This document shows, in pieces, positions 19,521-31,100 of a stretch of DNA of 64,000 bases. A program made the position numbers and the translations under genes. The stretch comes from Endomicrobiales bacterium (GTDB lineage: Bacteria > Elusimicrobiota > Endomicrobiia > Endomicrobiales > JALOBY01). Below the pieces are notes generated by a model. That model did no database searches and was not told where the DNA came from. It was given only the letters and a program-made list of their open reading frames with translations. The stretch lies in the NCBI GenBank assembly GCA_963796955.1, contig CAWCNJ010000002.1, positions 19,610-83,609 of the forward strand, given 5' to 3'. Position 1 is the first letter of the stretch. Every line of letters begins with the position of its first letter.

Positions 19521-20398
19521 TAGAATTTCTTCCCGGTTATTTTTTCATAGGCTTCAACATATTTCATCCGTGTGCCGTCTATCACTTCTTTCGGCAATTG
19601 CGGCACCGGCGGCTGCTTGTTCCACTTTATGTCTTCCAGATAATCGCGCACGAACTGTTTATCCAGGCTGTCCTGACTCGTGCCTTCAACGTACAGGTTG
19701 CTTTCCCAGAACCGTGAAGAATCGGGGGTCAGCACTTCATCTATCAATATCACTTTACCGTCGTGCAGGCCGAACTCGAATTTCGTATCGGCGATCATAA
19801 CGCCTTTTGTCAGGGCGTAGGCGGCGGCATTCGTGTAAACCATCAGCGACAGCTCTTTGATCTTGGTGGCAAGTTCAAGGCCGATACGGTTGACCGTTTC
19901 TTCAAATGTTATATTCTCATCATGTTTACCGCCGTCTTCCTTGCTGGAAGGGGTGAAAATGGGCTCCGGCAATTTGGAGGATTCCTTCAAGCCCGCCGGC
20001 AGCTGTATCCCGCAGGCGGTGCCGTATTTCTGATATTCCTTCCATCCTGAGCCCGCGATATAGCCGCGCACGATGCACTCTATGTCTATGCGCTGGGCTT
20101 TTTTAACCAGCATGGAACGGTCTTTTAGATAGGGGTACCGCTTTAGGATCGTCGGGAACTGCTCAAAATCACCGGTAATAAGATGGTTGGGCAATGTACC
20201 CTGGAACATATCGAACCAGAACATTGAGAGCTTATGCAGAATGCGGCCCTTATCCGGTATTACGTTCGGCAGAACATAGTCGAAAGCGGAAATGCGGTCT
20301 GAGGCGACGATCAAAAGTTGTTCGTTGAGATCGTAAACCTCGCGTACTTTTCCCCGGTGCAGCAGGGGCAGATCAATAGTTTCACTGGCGGTATTCAT
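19520..20398 (-). CDS. purC: SAICAR synthetase
   Basis: GKVREVY, SDRISAFD, ADTKFEFG, DEVLTPDSSRFW. Confidence 0.97.
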   Translation of the reverse strand: MNTASETIDLPLLHRGKVREVYDLNEQLLIVASDRISAFDYVLPNVIPDKGRILHKLSMFWFDMFQGTLPNHLITGDFEQFPTILKRYPYLKDRSMLVKKAQRIDIECIVRGYIAGSGWKEYQKYGTACGIQLPAGLKESSKLPEPIFTPSSKEDGGKHDENITFEETVNRIGLELATKIKELSLMVYTNAAAYALTKGVMIADTKFEFGLHDGKVILIDEVLTPDSSRFWESNLYVEGTSQDSLDKQFVRDYLEDIKWNKQPPVPQLPKEVIDGTRMKYVEAYEKITGKKF

Positions 20399-20400
20399 AA

Positions 20401-21927
20401 TCACTCCCATTCGATGGTAGCGGGCGGTTTCTGGGATATATCATAGGCGACACGGTTGATACCGCGCACTTCATTAATTATCCTGCTTGAGATCTTGCCC
20501 AGCATTTCATACGGCACTTTCGCCCAATCGGCGGTCATGGCGTCGGTGCTTTCAACGATACGCAAAACGCAGACATTTTCATAGGTGCGGCAATCGCCCA
20601 TAACGCCCACCGTCTTAACGGGCAGCAGCACGGCGAACGCCTGCCAGAGTTTTTCATACAGCCCGGCCTTGCGGATCTCTTCTTCCACGATCCAGTCGGC
20701 TTTGCGCAATACATCGAGCCTTGGTTTATCGACAGCGCCAAGTACCCTTATGGACATTCCGGGCCCGGGGAATGGGTGGCGCGTAATGATCTCTGAAGGC
20801 ATGCCAAGTTCTCTGCCAAGCTCGCGCACTTCGTCTTTGAACAGGAATTTTAAGGGCTCCACCAGCTGCATGCGCATCTTTTCCGGCAGCCCTCCGACGT
20901 TGTGATGGCTTTTTATGACCGCCGAAGGACCGTTCACGGACACGCTTTCGATAACATCGGGATAGAGCGTGCCCTGCACAAGGAAATCAACTTTCTTTAG
21001 TTTTTTAGCTTCCTGTTCAAATACCTCTATAAATTCATGTCCGATAATTTTGCGTTTGCGTTCGGGATCGGAAATCCCGGAAAGCTTTTTAAGGAAGCGG
21101 GCGCTGGCATCCACGACAACCAGACTGTTACCGAACTTCTTACCGAATATTTTCTGCACGCGTTCTTTTTCGTTCAACCGCAGAACGCCGTTATCAACGA
21201 AAACGCAGGTAAGTTGTTTGCCGATAGCCTTATGCAATAGCACCGCGGCTACCGCCGAATCAACGCCGCCCGACATACCGCACAGCACCTTGCCGCGGCC
21301 TACCTGGCGGCGAATACGCTTAATTTCTTCTGAAACAAAGTTATGCATCGTCCAGTCAGCGCGGCTGCCGCAGACGCCGAACACAAAATTCTGAATGATC
21401 TGCTTACCCTGCGGCGTATGGTTGACTTCCGGGTGGAACTGCACGCCGTATATCTGACGGTCAGTATCGGCGATAGCCGCGTAAGGAGAATTTGAAGTGT
21501 ACGCTATCCGATTGAAGCCTTTCGGCATCCGGGACAGGCTGTCGCCGTGGCTCATCCAGACCGTGGGATCGGTTATATTTCCGAACAACGACTTTTTAGC
21601 TTTTATCTTAAGGGTAGAAAGGCCGTACTCGCGATGTTTAGCGCGTTTAACTTTTCCGCCAAAGTGCTCGGCGATCAGCTGCATGCCGTAACAAATGCCC
21701 AGCACCGGCACGCCCAATTCCCATATCTTAGGATCGGGCCACGGCGCGTTCTTCTCATACACCGAAGCCGGCCCGCCGGACAATATGATGCCTTTCACAT
21801 TTTCAAGCGCCCCGAACGACTCCAGCTTCATATTCCCCGGATATATTTCGCAGTACACCTTCATTTCCCGAACACGCCGCGCAATAAGTTGCGTCACCTG
21901 CGACCCAAAATCAAGAATAAGAATCAT
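20401..21927 (-). CDS. guaA: GMP synthase
   Basis: [27 protein letters not shown]. Confidence 0.98.
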   Translation of the reverse strand: MILILDFGSQVTQLIARRVREMKVYCEIYPGNMKLESFGALENVKGIILSGGPASVYEKNAPWPDPKIWELGVPVLGICYGMQLIAEHFGGKVKRAKHREYGLSTLKIKAKKSLFGNITDPTVWMSHGDSLSRMPKGFNRIAYTSNSPYAAIADTDRQIYGVQFHPEVNHTPQGKQIIQNFVFGVCGSRADWTMHNFVSEEIKRIRRQVGRGKVLCGMSGGVDSAVAAVLLHKAIGKQLTCVFVDNGVLRLNEKERVQKIFGKKFGNSLVVVDASARFLKKLSGISDPERKRKIIGHEFIEVFEQEAKKLKKVDFLVQGTLYPDVIESVSVNGPSAVIKSHHNVGGLPEKMRMQLVEPLKFLFKDEVRELGRELGMPSEIITRHPFPGPGMSIRVLGAVDKPRLDVLRKADWIVEEEIRKAGLYEKLWQAFAVLLPVKTVGVMGDCRTYENVCVLRIVESTDAMTADWAKVPYEMLGKISSRIINEVRGINRVAYDISQKPPATIEWE

Positions 21928-21958
21928 GTCGTTTAAATTCCTTAAATAATGTGGTTAT

Positions 21959-22510
21959 CTATACTTTGCCGTGAGTTATGGTTTTCTGGGCCTGGTACTT
22001 GCCGGCCTTATCTGCGTATGATGTTTCGCAGGCTTCGTCGGCTTCATAAAATAGGACCTGGGCAATACCCTCGTTCGCGTACAGCTTTACCGGGACCGGC
22101 GACGTATTGGCGATGCTGATAGTTACGAATCCCTCCCATTCGGGTTCGAAGGGGGTCACGTTCACCAGTACGCCGCACCGGGCGTAGGTGGATTTCCCGA
22201 AACAAACGGTCACCACATTACGGGGTATACGGAAATACTCGACGGAACGGGCCAGAACAAAGGAGTTGGGCGGGATGGTGATGTATCCGTCTACCGCTTT
22301 TACGTCTTTGAAGTTCTGAGGGTCGCTAAGCTTTGGGTCAAGGGGCTTATTTCCCACGAAAACCTTGAACTCATCGGCGATACGCATATCGTAGCCGTAA
22401 GAAGATGTCCCGTAAGAAATATTACCGTTCTTTACCTGCGCCGGCTCGAATGGCTCTATAATACGCTGCTCCTGAGCCATTCGTTTTATCCACTTATCAC
22501 ATTTTATCAT
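21959..22510 (-). CDS. dcd: dCTP deaminase
   Basis: [28 protein letters not shown]. Confidence 0.95.
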   Translation of the reverse strand: MIKCDKWIKRMAQEQRIIEPFEPAQVKNGNISYGTSSYGYDMRIADEFKVFVGNKPLDPKLSDPQNFKDVKAVDGYITIPPNSFVLARSVEYFRIPRNVVTVCFGKSTYARCGVLVNVTPFEPEWEGFVTISIANTSPVPVKLYANEGIAQVLFYEADEACETSYADKAGKYQAQKTITHGKV

Positions 22511-22542
22511 ATTACCAATTCCAATTCAATTTTGTATGGGTT

Positions 22543-24909
22543 TTACCAGCACTTTGAGTAACCGCAGCTGCGGCATACGACGCAGCCTTCGCCGAACTCA
22601 AGCATCTCGCCGCATTCGGGGCATTGCGGGCAGCTGCCGACGAAATCATTCTTGCCGCCGGCGCGTGTGTAGCCGGAACTGGTGCCCGGGTCTTTTTTCT
22701 CGGGAGACGATTCGATAACGACCGCGGCCGTTGCGGAATTGCCGTCCGGGTTAAAGAGTGTCGGGGTGTTGCGTTCTTTGTAATAGTTTTCAAGCGCCTT
22801 GCCTATGGCGTCGGCGCAGGAAAGAATGGCGCCGCCTTCGGCAAGTGTGGGTGAAGGGCAGCGGATGCCTTTAAGCTGGCGCACCACTTCGTCCTGGCTG
22901 ATGCCGGCCCTGAGGGACAGGGAGATCAGACGCGATACCGCTTCAGCCTGAGAATTTGTGCAGCCGCCCGATTTTCCGAGCGAGGTGAATATTTCGCAGG
23001 GACCGTGCGAGTCTTCGTTAACAGTCACGTACATTTTTCCGCAACCGGTGTGCATCATGAAGGTCACGCCGTGGGTCGCGCGGGGGCGCTGGCGGGGGTG
23101 GCGGGTCTTGAAGACCAGTTTACCCGGCTCGTCTTTTACTTCTTCCTCTTCTTCAATTTTGGCAACACCGTGGCCAACGTTGAGCACCTGGGCGTCGCGG
23201 CTGCCGTCGCGGTACACCGTTACGCCTTTGCAGCCGAGTTTGTAGGACATCTTATAGGCTTCGGCAACATCTTCCCTGGTCGCGTCATGCGGGAAGTTGA
23301 CCGTTTTTGAGACGGCGTTATCGGTATACTGCTGAAAGGCCGCCTGCATACGGATGTGGTCTTCCGGCTTAATGTCGTGTGCTGTAACAAACACTTTGCG
23401 CACGCTTTCAGGGATCTCCGTAATGTCGTGGAGACTGCCTTTCTCCGTGATCTTTTTCATTATTTCGGCCGAATAAAAACCCATCTCTTTCGCTATCTTT
23501 TCGAAATACGGGTTGACCTCGAACATTTCGTTATTGTCCAGAACGTTGGCGCGCTTGTAGGCAACGGCGAACATAGGCTCTATGCCGCCGGAAGCATTAG
23601 CAATAATACCGATGGTACCGGTGGGGGCGAGTGTCGTAAGCGTCGCATTACGGCGAGGGGCTTTGCCGGCGAAGATGCTCTTGTTGTAGTTCGGGAAGTT
23701 GCCGCGTTTGGTGGCAAGTTCCTGGGACATAAGGTCGGCGTTCATCTGCACGTGACCCATAAGTTTTTCGCCAAGCTTGAACGCTTCGTGGGAATTATAT
23801 GGAATGCCCAGCTGCACCAGCATATCAGCCCAGCCCATGACGCCCAATCCGATCTTGCGGTTGGACCGTGTAGTCTCGGCTATCCTCGGCAGCGGGAAGT
23901 TGTTCATATCGATAACGTTGTCCAGGAAATGCGCCGCGGAACGGGCTATCCTGCCGAGCCGGTCCCAATCGACCTGGCCGTTCACCACCAGATGGCCCAG
24001 ATTTATGGAGCCCAGGTTGCATGATTCATAGGGCAGCAGCGGCTGTTCGCCGCAGGGGTTGGTAGATTCTATCATGCCGACGCCCGGGGTAGGATTAAAT
24101 TCATTGATGCGGTCTATGAAAACAATTCCGGGCTCGCCGTTCTTCCAGGCCTGTTCCACGATCTTCGTGAAAACCTCTTTGGCGTTCAGGCGGCCGGCTT
24201 CTTTGCCGTTACGCGGGTTGTACAGTGCGTAGTCACGGTTAGATTCCAGCGCCTCCATGAATTCTTTCGTTATGGCGACCGAAATATTGAAGTTCGTCAG
24301 CTGATCGTTCTTATCTTTGCACATGATGAACGGCAGAATATCCGGGTGGTCCACGCGCAGCATGCCCATGTTGGCGCCCCGGCGGGTGCCGCCCTGTTTA
24401 ATGGCTTCGGTGGCAGCGTTGAAAACGTGCATGAAAGAGATCGGCCCGGAGGATACGCCGCTGGTGGTCGCGACCACGTCGCTTGAGGGGCGCAGGCGCG
24501 AGAAGGAAAAGCCGGTTCCGCCGCCGGATTTGTGGATCATGGCGGTGTGCTTAAGGGTTTCAAAGATAGATTCCATAGAGTCTTCTATAGAAAGCACGAA
24601 ACAGGCCGAAAGCTGCTGCAGCGGGCGGCCTGCGTTCATAAGGGTCGGGGAGTTCGGGAGAAAGTCCATGGCCGCCATCAGGGAATAAAATTCACGGGCG
24701 GTCGCCTCAATGTCGGCGCTGGTATCGTAGATCTTGTCGGCCTGCGCGATATTTTCAGCCACGCGCCAGAACAGGTCTTCGGGCCTTTCCATCACCTTGC
24801 CGTCGTTATCGCGGCGCAGATACCTTTTAGACAACACTGTTAACGCGTTTGCGTGCACCGCCGGCTTAACCTTCTCGAACAATTCTTCACGGCTCAAGCT
24901 CATAACCAT
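22543..24909 (-). CDS. nrdJ: Class II (B12-dependent) ribonucleotide reductase with C-terminal TSCPD and Zn-ribbon domains
   Basis: PNSPTLMNAG, TNPCGEQPL, CNLGS, APTGT, YRDGSR; no adjacent beta subunit. Confidence 0.93.
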   Translation of the reverse strand: MVMSLSREELFEKVKPAVHANALTVLSKRYLRRDNDGKVMERPEDLFWRVAENIAQADKIYDTSADIEATAREFYSLMAAMDFLPNSPTLMNAGRPLQQLSACFVLSIEDSMESIFETLKHTAMIHKSGGGTGFSFSRLRPSSDVVATTSGVSSGPISFMHVFNAATEAIKQGGTRRGANMGMLRVDHPDILPFIMCKDKNDQLTNFNISVAITKEFMEALESNRDYALYNPRNGKEAGRLNAKEVFTKIVEQAWKNGEPGIVFIDRINEFNPTPGVGMIESTNPCGEQPLLPYESCNLGSINLGHLVVNGQVDWDRLGRIARSAAHFLDNVIDMNNFPLPRIAETTRSNRKIGLGVMGWADMLVQLGIPYNSHEAFKLGEKLMGHVQMNADLMSQELATKRGNFPNYNKSIFAGKAPRRNATLTTLAPTGTIGIIANASGGIEPMFAVAYKRANVLDNNEMFEVNPYFEKIAKEMGFYSAEIMKKITEKGSLHDITEIPESVRKVFVTAHDIKPEDHIRMQAAFQQYTDNAVSKTVNFPHDATREDVAEAYKMSYKLGCKGVTVYRDGSRDAQVLNVGHGVAKIEEEEEVKDEPGKLVFKTRHPRQRPRATHGVTFMMHTGCGKMYVTVNEDSHGPCEIFTSLGKSGGCTNSQAEAVSRLISLSLRAGISQDEVVRQLKGIRCPSPTLAEGGAILSCADAIGKALENYYKERNTPTLFNPDGNSATAAVVIESSPEKKDPGTSSGYTRAGGKNDFVGSCPQCPECGEMLEFGEGCVVCRSCGYSKCW

Positions 24910-24945
24910 TCCACTCCTCCCGCTATTTTGACTAAAATTTGGTTG

Positions 24946-25434
24946 CTAGTTCTTTATGCTTCCCGTTTTTTCCTGTAATTTCGGCATTTTCTTTTTCAGC
25001 TTTTTCAATTCCTCCATGAACGTGTCTATGTCACTGAACTGCCGGTAAACCGAGGCGAACCGCACATACGCGACCGGGTCCAGGGCGCGCAGTTTGTTCA
25101 GAACTGTCTCACCGATAATACGGCTGGGTACCTCCATCAGGTAATCTCGCAGGTCTGTTTCCACGTCATTTAAAAGTTTTTCAATGGCATCCGATGAGAT
25201 CGGACGTTTCTGGCAGGCACGCACCACCCCTTCCTTAAGTTTGGCGCGGTTATACGTTTCACGGCGCTGGTCGGATTTTACCACCATCAGCGGGCTTTCT
25301 TCCAGGCGCTCGTACGTGGTAAAACGTTTATTGCATTCCCGGCAGATACGCCTGCGCCGGATGACCGATTGGTCTTCCATGGGCCTGGAATCTAAAACCT
25401 GGTCATCGGGGCTGCTGCAAAAAGGACACTTCAT
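24946..25434 (-). CDS. nrdR: Transcriptional repressor NrdR
   Basis: MKCPFC, RRRRIC..C..RFTTYE, VAYVRFASVY. Confidence 0.97.
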   Translation of the reverse strand: MKCPFCSSPDDQVLDSRPMEDQSVIRRRRICRECNKRFTTYERLEESPLMVVKSDQRRETYNRAKLKEGVVRACQKRPISSDAIEKLLNDVETDLRDYLMEVPSRIIGETVLNKLRALDPVAYVRFASVYRQFSDIDTFMEELKKLKKKMPKLQEKTGSIKN

Positions 25435-25460
25435 TTACTTGTTTCCCCAGTTAAACCAAC

Positions 25461-25597
25461 CACAACCTGTAGTATGTTGGCAAATGTTACAACATACCCA
25501 TAGCATTGTCAAGAAAAATTTTAGTTCGACGGCAAAACCTGAAAGACCACAACCTATTGACGCCACGAAGTATAACATACAATGTATGGTGTGTCAA
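25461..25597 (-). promoter_or_regulatory. Two tandem sigma70 promoters with three NrdR boxes
   Basis: TTGACA-17-TAACAT (25512-25484) and TTGACA-17-TATACT (25597-25569); boxes CACAACCTGTAGTA 25461, CACAACCTATTGAC 25548, TACAATGTATGGTG 25578. Confidence 0.75.
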
Positions 25598-25598
25598 T

Positions 25599-25630
25599 AA
25601 AAAAGAGCCCGTTTTCACGAACTCTTTTTT
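25599..25630 (-). terminator. Intrinsic terminator after guaB
   Basis: gagttcgt-GAAA-acgggctc followed by a T run. Confidence 0.8.
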
Positions 25631-25656
25631 GTAATATATGGTTTCTTTAGCTTTTA

Positions 25657-27198
25657 TCAGCGTTGTTGCTGGTAGTTCGGCGCTTCGCGTGTGATGACGA
25701 TATCGTGCGGATGTGATTCCGCCTTTCCTGCTTCCGTTATCCTGACGAATTGCGCCGCTGTCCGTAGATCTTCGATACTGCTCACCCCGACATAGCCCAT
25801 GCCGCGCTTCAGGCCGCCGACGTACTGACAGAGAACCTCTCTCAGAGGCCCTTTGTAGGGCACCATGCCTTCCATACCTTCCGGCACAAGATCGTTCTTT
25901 CCCTGATTGTAGCGTTCGCGCGAGCCTTTGCTGCTTTCCATAGCGCCCAAAGATCCCATGCCGCGGTAGACCTTGTATTGCACTCCCTGATGGAACCGGA
26001 AGTCTCCGGGGCTTTCCTTGGTACCGGCCAGCATATTACCCATCATGACCGAGTGAGCGCCGGCGCCGATAGCGATAGGAATATCGCCCGAGAATTTCAG
26101 GCCGCCGTCCGCGCAAACCGGAACACCAAATTTAGAGGCCACTTTAGCGCATTCGTAGATCGCGCTGACCTGCGGTTTGCCGATACCGGCAATGATGCGG
26201 GTGGTGCAGATGGACCCGGGCCCCTGACCGATCTTCAGGCCATCAGCCCCCGCGCGGCACAACCGTTCCGCGGATTCAGGCTCTGAAATATTCCCTGCCA
26301 TGACGTCGATATCGTAGCGTTTTTTAAGCAGCTTGAGCGTATCTATAACACCCTTGGAGTCGCCATGCGCGGTGTCAATGATCACCAGATCCACTTTTTC
26401 GCGGACAAGCTGTTCAACACGTTCCATGGCATCGTCATAAACACCGACGGCCGCCGCGACCCTTAAACGGCCGTTCTTGTCGACATTAAAGGTTTTCGAA
26501 TCGCCGAAAAGAATGCGTTTAACATCCGTGAATGTGTACAAGCCTGCGATCATCCCATCTTTGCCGACAAGCGGCAAGACTTTCTTCTGGCTTTCCTTCA
26601 TGATCTTGTAAGCTTCCTGCAGGCCGGTGCCGGGTTTGCCGGTGATAAGGTTCCTGGTCATGATCTGTCTGGCTTTCAGGGAGTGATCTTCGCAAAAATC
26701 AAAATTGTTCTTGGTGATAATGCCGACGATGCGGTTGTCGCTGTTCGTGATCAGGAAAGAATGGAATTTGAATTCCCGCTCTTTTCGGTAGGCAAGTATC
26801 TCACCGACGGAAGTGTTCTCTTCGAAGCAGATAGGTTTTTCAATAAGGCCGTTGAGATGGTACTTCACTTTGGCCACCTCAGAAGCCTGTTCCTGAGCGC
26901 TGAAATTCTTATGAATAACACCGATGCCGCCGAGCTTGGCCATTTCGATAGCCATTTCAGATTCGGTCACGGTATCCATAGCGGCGCTGGCGATGGGTAT
27001 TTTAAGACCGACATTTCGTGAAAATTTTGATTCGATCAAAACATTGTCAGGAAGTGTTTCGGAATAACCGGTGGTCAGTCGTACATCGTCGTAGGTAAGG
27101 GCAATACCCTGATCGCCGATCTTCTTGAAGAATGCATCACGTTTCGCGATCAGTTGTTTACCAACACTTTGCGTAAGAGCACTTTTTATCTTTACCAT
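25657..27198 (-). CDS. guaB: IMP dehydrogenase
   Basis: SAAMDTVTE, CBS pair, GPGSICTTR, YRGMGS; GGGAGG upstream of ATG 27198. Confidence 0.97.
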   Translation of the reverse strand: MVKIKSALTQSVGKQLIAKRDAFFKKIGDQGIALTYDDVRLTTGYSETLPDNVLIESKFSRNVGLKIPIASAAMDTVTESEMAIEMAKLGGIGVIHKNFSAQEQASEVAKVKYHLNGLIEKPICFEENTSVGEILAYRKEREFKFHSFLITNSDNRIVGIITKNNFDFCEDHSLKARQIMTRNLITGKPGTGLQEAYKIMKESQKKVLPLVGKDGMIAGLYTFTDVKRILFGDSKTFNVDKNGRLRVAAAVGVYDDAMERVEQLVREKVDLVIIDTAHGDSKGVIDTLKLLKKRYDIDVMAGNISEPESAERLCRAGADGLKIGQGPGSICTTRIIAGIGKPQVSAIYECAKVASKFGVPVCADGGLKFSGDIPIAIGAGAHSVMMGNMLAGTKESPGDFRFHQGVQYKVYRGMGSLGAMESSKGSRERYNQGKNDLVPEGMEGMVPYKGPLREVLCQYVGGLKRGMGYVGVSSIEDLRTAAQFVRITEAGKAESHPHDIVITREAPNYQQQR

Positions 27199-27249
27199 AG
27201 GCCTCCCGCTCGTTCCCACTTTTCAGAATGTTGTCTTCCTGTATTATAC

Positions 27250-27278
27250 AAAAAAGAGCCCGACAATGGACTCTTTTT
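27250..27278 (-). terminator. Intrinsic terminator after tRNA-Ala
   Basis: gagtcc-attgtc-gggctc followed by a T run. Confidence 0.7.
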
Positions 27279-27288
27279 AAAATATTTT

Positions 27289-27364
27289 TGGTGGAGCTGA
27301 GGGGGGTTGAACCCCTGACCTCCTGCATGCCATGCAGGCGCTCTCCCAACTGAGCTACAGCCCC
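27289..27364 (-). tRNA. tRNA-Ala(GGC)
   Basis: GGGGCTG acceptor; cctgc-atGGCat-gcagg; CCA encoded. Confidence 0.97.
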
Positions 27365-27438
27365 AAAACTATTTATTGTGTCCCGTATTATACAATAATT
27401 ATGCGATGTTTAGCAAATTTTGTTATCCAAATTCCGTT

Positions 27439-27466
27439 ATCTGAAATCTGAAATTTGAGATCGCAG
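27439..27466. repeat. Intergenic heptamer repeat (ATCTGAA)
   Basis: atctgaa atctgaa atttgag atcgcag. Confidence 0.6.
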
Positions 27467-27471
27467 ACCGC

Positions 27472-28146
27472 CTAGGCGGTCTGCCTCGGCCAGGGGTTGC
27501 CGCAGGGTTTTTCTTCTGTGCAGCTGCCGTTTACACAATCCGGCCCGGCGCCGGCGAACAGGATGGGAGCCTGTTTTTTTGCAAGGTTCAGCATCCGACA
27601 GGCCATCTCTTTTATTTCCCACTGGGCGCGGTTGCAGCAGCGCAGGGCGAAGAAATGGCGCAGCTCGCGGGCGTTCATGGTAAGTATTATTTTTGTCGTT
27701 GCGGCATTGGGAAGTATGTAGCGGGCATCTTCTGCCGGTATACCAGCTGCCATAAGATCATCATAAATGCCTTTAAGCGATGCGATGGCGCCGTCGAACT
27801 TTGCCTTCAGAGCCGCGTCCTTTGACACCAGCGGCGGCGTAACGACTTCAAGATCGCCTTTGAATTTAACGTAACGCTGGCTTTGCACCGAGAAACTGGC
27901 GATGCGATGGCGCGTCAGCTGGGCAAGCAGGGCACGGGAAACGCCCTCAATGCCGAACGAGAATGAAGCATGCTCAAGCACCGAATGGTGACCGGAAGAA
28001 ATGACCCTGGCAAGCAGGCTTTTTACCTGTTCATCATTAAGTTTTTCGTTAAGTTCTTCTATCGTACTGTTGGAGTAGCACAGGCGCGCGGCGATAGCGC
28101 AAGTCTTTTCAGGGTCCGGGGTGTGTTTGAGTAGTTTTACAAGCAT
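27472..28146 (-). CDS. thyX: Flavin-dependent thymidylate synthase
   Basis: GHHSVLEH; RHRIASFSVQSQRY ThyX motif; AQWEI. Confidence 0.97.
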   Translation of the reverse strand: MLVKLLKHTPDPEKTCAIAARLCYSNSTIEELNEKLNDEQVKSLLARVISSGHHSVLEHASFSFGIEGVSRALLAQLTRHRIASFSVQSQRYVKFKGDLEVVTPPLVSKDAALKAKFDGAIASLKGIYDDLMAAGIPAEDARYILPNAATTKIILTMNARELRHFFALRCCNRAQWEIKEMACRMLNLAKKQAPILFAGAGPDCVNGSCTEEKPCGNPWPRQTA

Positions 28147-28153
28147 GGGTTGG

Positions 28154-31100
28154 CTACTTTTTGAAATAATCCTGCAAGGACTGCACGGACCAGTCTTTGC
28201 TCTTCTGGGCTTTTATACCCTCTACGGTGGCCTTGGCGGCCGCCAGAGTGGTAACCATCGGGATATTATAGATCACGGCATTGCGGCGGATCTGATACCC
28301 GTCGGTGCGGGATTTCTTGCCGGACGGGGTGTTTATTATAAGGGCTACCTCGCGGTTCTTGATAATATCCACCACGTTAGGGCGGCCCTCCGAGATCTTG
28401 TTGACTATGCGCACCGGCAACGTGTAACTCTGAAAGAACTCTGCGGTGTGTTTTGTCGCGCATATTTCAAAACCGAGGGTTATCAATTCTTTAACGACGG
28501 CAAGGGCATCCGCTTTCCCGCGGGGCCCAAGGCTGACCAGCACGGCGCCGGATTTCGGCAGCGTTGAACCGGCGGCCATCTCGGCTTTCGCAAAGGCGCG
28601 CCCAAAGTCCGAGTCTATACCCATAACCTCGCCGGTGCTCTTCATTTCCGGGCCAAGGACTATGTCAACATTCGAAAAACGGTTCCAGGGCAGCACGACT
28701 TCTTTTACCGCCACCCAGTTCATCTTCGGCGGGCAGTTGGCAAGCTGTTTGGCGGAGAGGAGTTTTTTAAGTTTCTTGCCCACCATGAGCCTGGCCGCGA
28801 TCTTCGCCAGCGGCAAACCCGTTGCCTTGGAAACATACGGAACGGTGCGCGACGCGCGCGGGTTGGCTTCAAGGATATAGACAATGCCGTCTTTAACAGC
28901 AAACTGAATGTTAAGCAGGCCCTTCACCGGCAACTCCAACGCCAGTTCAGTGGTATATTTTTTAATAGTGCTGACGATCTCGGGGCTTAAGGTGTGGTGC
29001 GGTATCACGCAGGCAGAGTCACCCGAGTGGATACCGGCTTCTTCGATATGTTCCATGATGCCCGCGATATACACATCGGTGCAGTCGCACAGTGCGTCAA
29101 CATCCACCTCTATCGCGTTATCAAGGAATTTATCTATCAAAATAGGTTTGCCGGGGCTTACCGTTTCGGCGCGCTTCATGTATTGTTCAAGGGAATCGTT
29201 ATCGTAGACTATTTCCATAGCCCGGCCGCCCAGCACATATGAGGGGCGCACCATGACAGGATACGTTATTCTTGCGGCAATAACCTTAGCTTCGGCGTAA
29301 TTCAGCGCCGTCCCTGATTCCGCTTGTGGAATCTTCAGTTTATTGAGCACTTTCGAGAACCGCTTACGGTCTTCTGCGATATCGATGGCTTCCGGCGTGG
29401 TGCCCAGTATGCGCACGCCCTGCTCGGCAAGGCCGTTGGTCAGGTTAAGCGGCGTCTGCCCGCCGAACTGCACGACAACGCCATACGGTTTTTCTTTGTT
29501 GATAATATTCATAACATCTTCGTGCGTAAGCGGCTCAAAATACAGGCGGTCGGCGATATCATAATCCGTTGACACGGTTTCGGGGTTGCAGTTCACCATT
29601 ATGGTTTCATAGCCTTCATCCTTAAGGGCCATAACGGAATGAACGCAGCAGTAATCGAACTCGATGCCCTGGCCGATACGGTTGGGGCCGGAACCAAGGA
29701 TCATCACTTTCTTTTTCTTGTCCACCGTCACTTCGTCTTCTTCTTCGTAGGTTGAATAGAAATACGGTGTGTAGGCTTCAAATTCGCCGGCGCAGGTGTC
29801 AACCAGTTTGTAAACGGGTTTTACACCCAGTTTTTTACGCAAGGCCGCTATCTTTTCCGGTTTTTGGCCGGTAAGGTACGCTATTTGATTATCTGAAAAA
29901 CCGTATTGTTTTATACCGGTAAGGAACTCAGCCTGTTCTTTTTTCGAGAATTTCCCCAGCATCGGTATCTCACGCGCTTTTTCAACGATCTGTTTCATTT
30001 GGGCTATGAACCACGGATCTATCATCGTGATCTCGGCGATCTCTTCTACCGTCATGCCTATCTGCAGCGCATAGCCGACATAGAACAAGCGCTCATTGTT
30101 GGGAGCGGTCAGCTTAGGTTTAATTTCTTCAATGAATTCGTCGCGCGCCTTGCCGCCTTCCTTTTCTATCTGCTCAACGCGTTTTACCAGTCCCTTGCCG
30201 TCGAAATTCAACCCGTTGCGGCCGACTTCAAGGCCGCGGATAGCTTTCTGAAAAGCTTCTTTGAACGTGCGCCCCAGGGCCATGACCTCGCCGACCGATT
30301 TCATGGCCGTGTTCAATGTCTGGTCGGTTCCCGTGAATTTCTCGAATGCAAAACGCGGTATCTTAACGACCGTGTAATCTATCGCCGGTTCAAAAGAGGC
30401 CGGCGTTTTCTTGGTAATATCGTTAGGTATTTCATCCAGGCGGTAACCGACGGCAAGCAAAGCGGCGATCTTGGCGATAGGGTACCCGGTAGCCTTTGAG
30501 GCAAGGGCGGAGGAACGGCTTACGCGCGGGTTCATTTCTATAACGACCATGCGGCCGTCTTTAGGGTTTACCGCGAACTGTATATTGGAACCGCCGGTAT
30601 CAACTCCGATCGCACGAATGACTTTGAAGGCCCAGTCGCGCATTTTCTGGTATTCTTTGTCGGTCAGCGTCTGAATAGGCGCGACGGTGATAGAATCCCC
30701 GGTATGCACACCCATCGCGTCAAAATTTTCAATGGAACAGATTATAACACAGTTATCGGCGCAGTCGCGCATCACTTCAAGCTCGAACTCTTTCCAGCCG
30801 AGCACGGATTCTTCAATAAGGATCTCGCTGATGGGGCTTGCGTCCAGGCCTACTTTTGCGGCTTCAAGGAAATCTTCGCGCGTATAAACGATACCGGAGC
30901 CTATGCCGCCCAGGGTGAATGAAGCCCGGATTATCAGAGGAAAACCTATTTTTTCGGCGATCTTGCTTGCTTCTTCAAGGGTATAGGCGTAACCTGAAGC
31001 GGGAAGGTCAAGGCCGATCTCCTGCATGGTCTTGCGGAACAACCGGCGGTCTTCGGCTTTTTTGATCGCGGGCAGTTTCGCGCCGATCAGTTCAACGTTA

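Noticed and set aside
22543..24909. Intein or intron in the ribonucleotide reductase
   Set aside because: Ordinary length, contiguous catalytic motifs and no splice-junction motifs seen
25531..25550. GGCAAAACCTGAAAG resembling a c-di-GMP-I riboswitch
   Set aside because: The second stem is missing, the strand is wrong, and promoters and NrdR boxes explain the region
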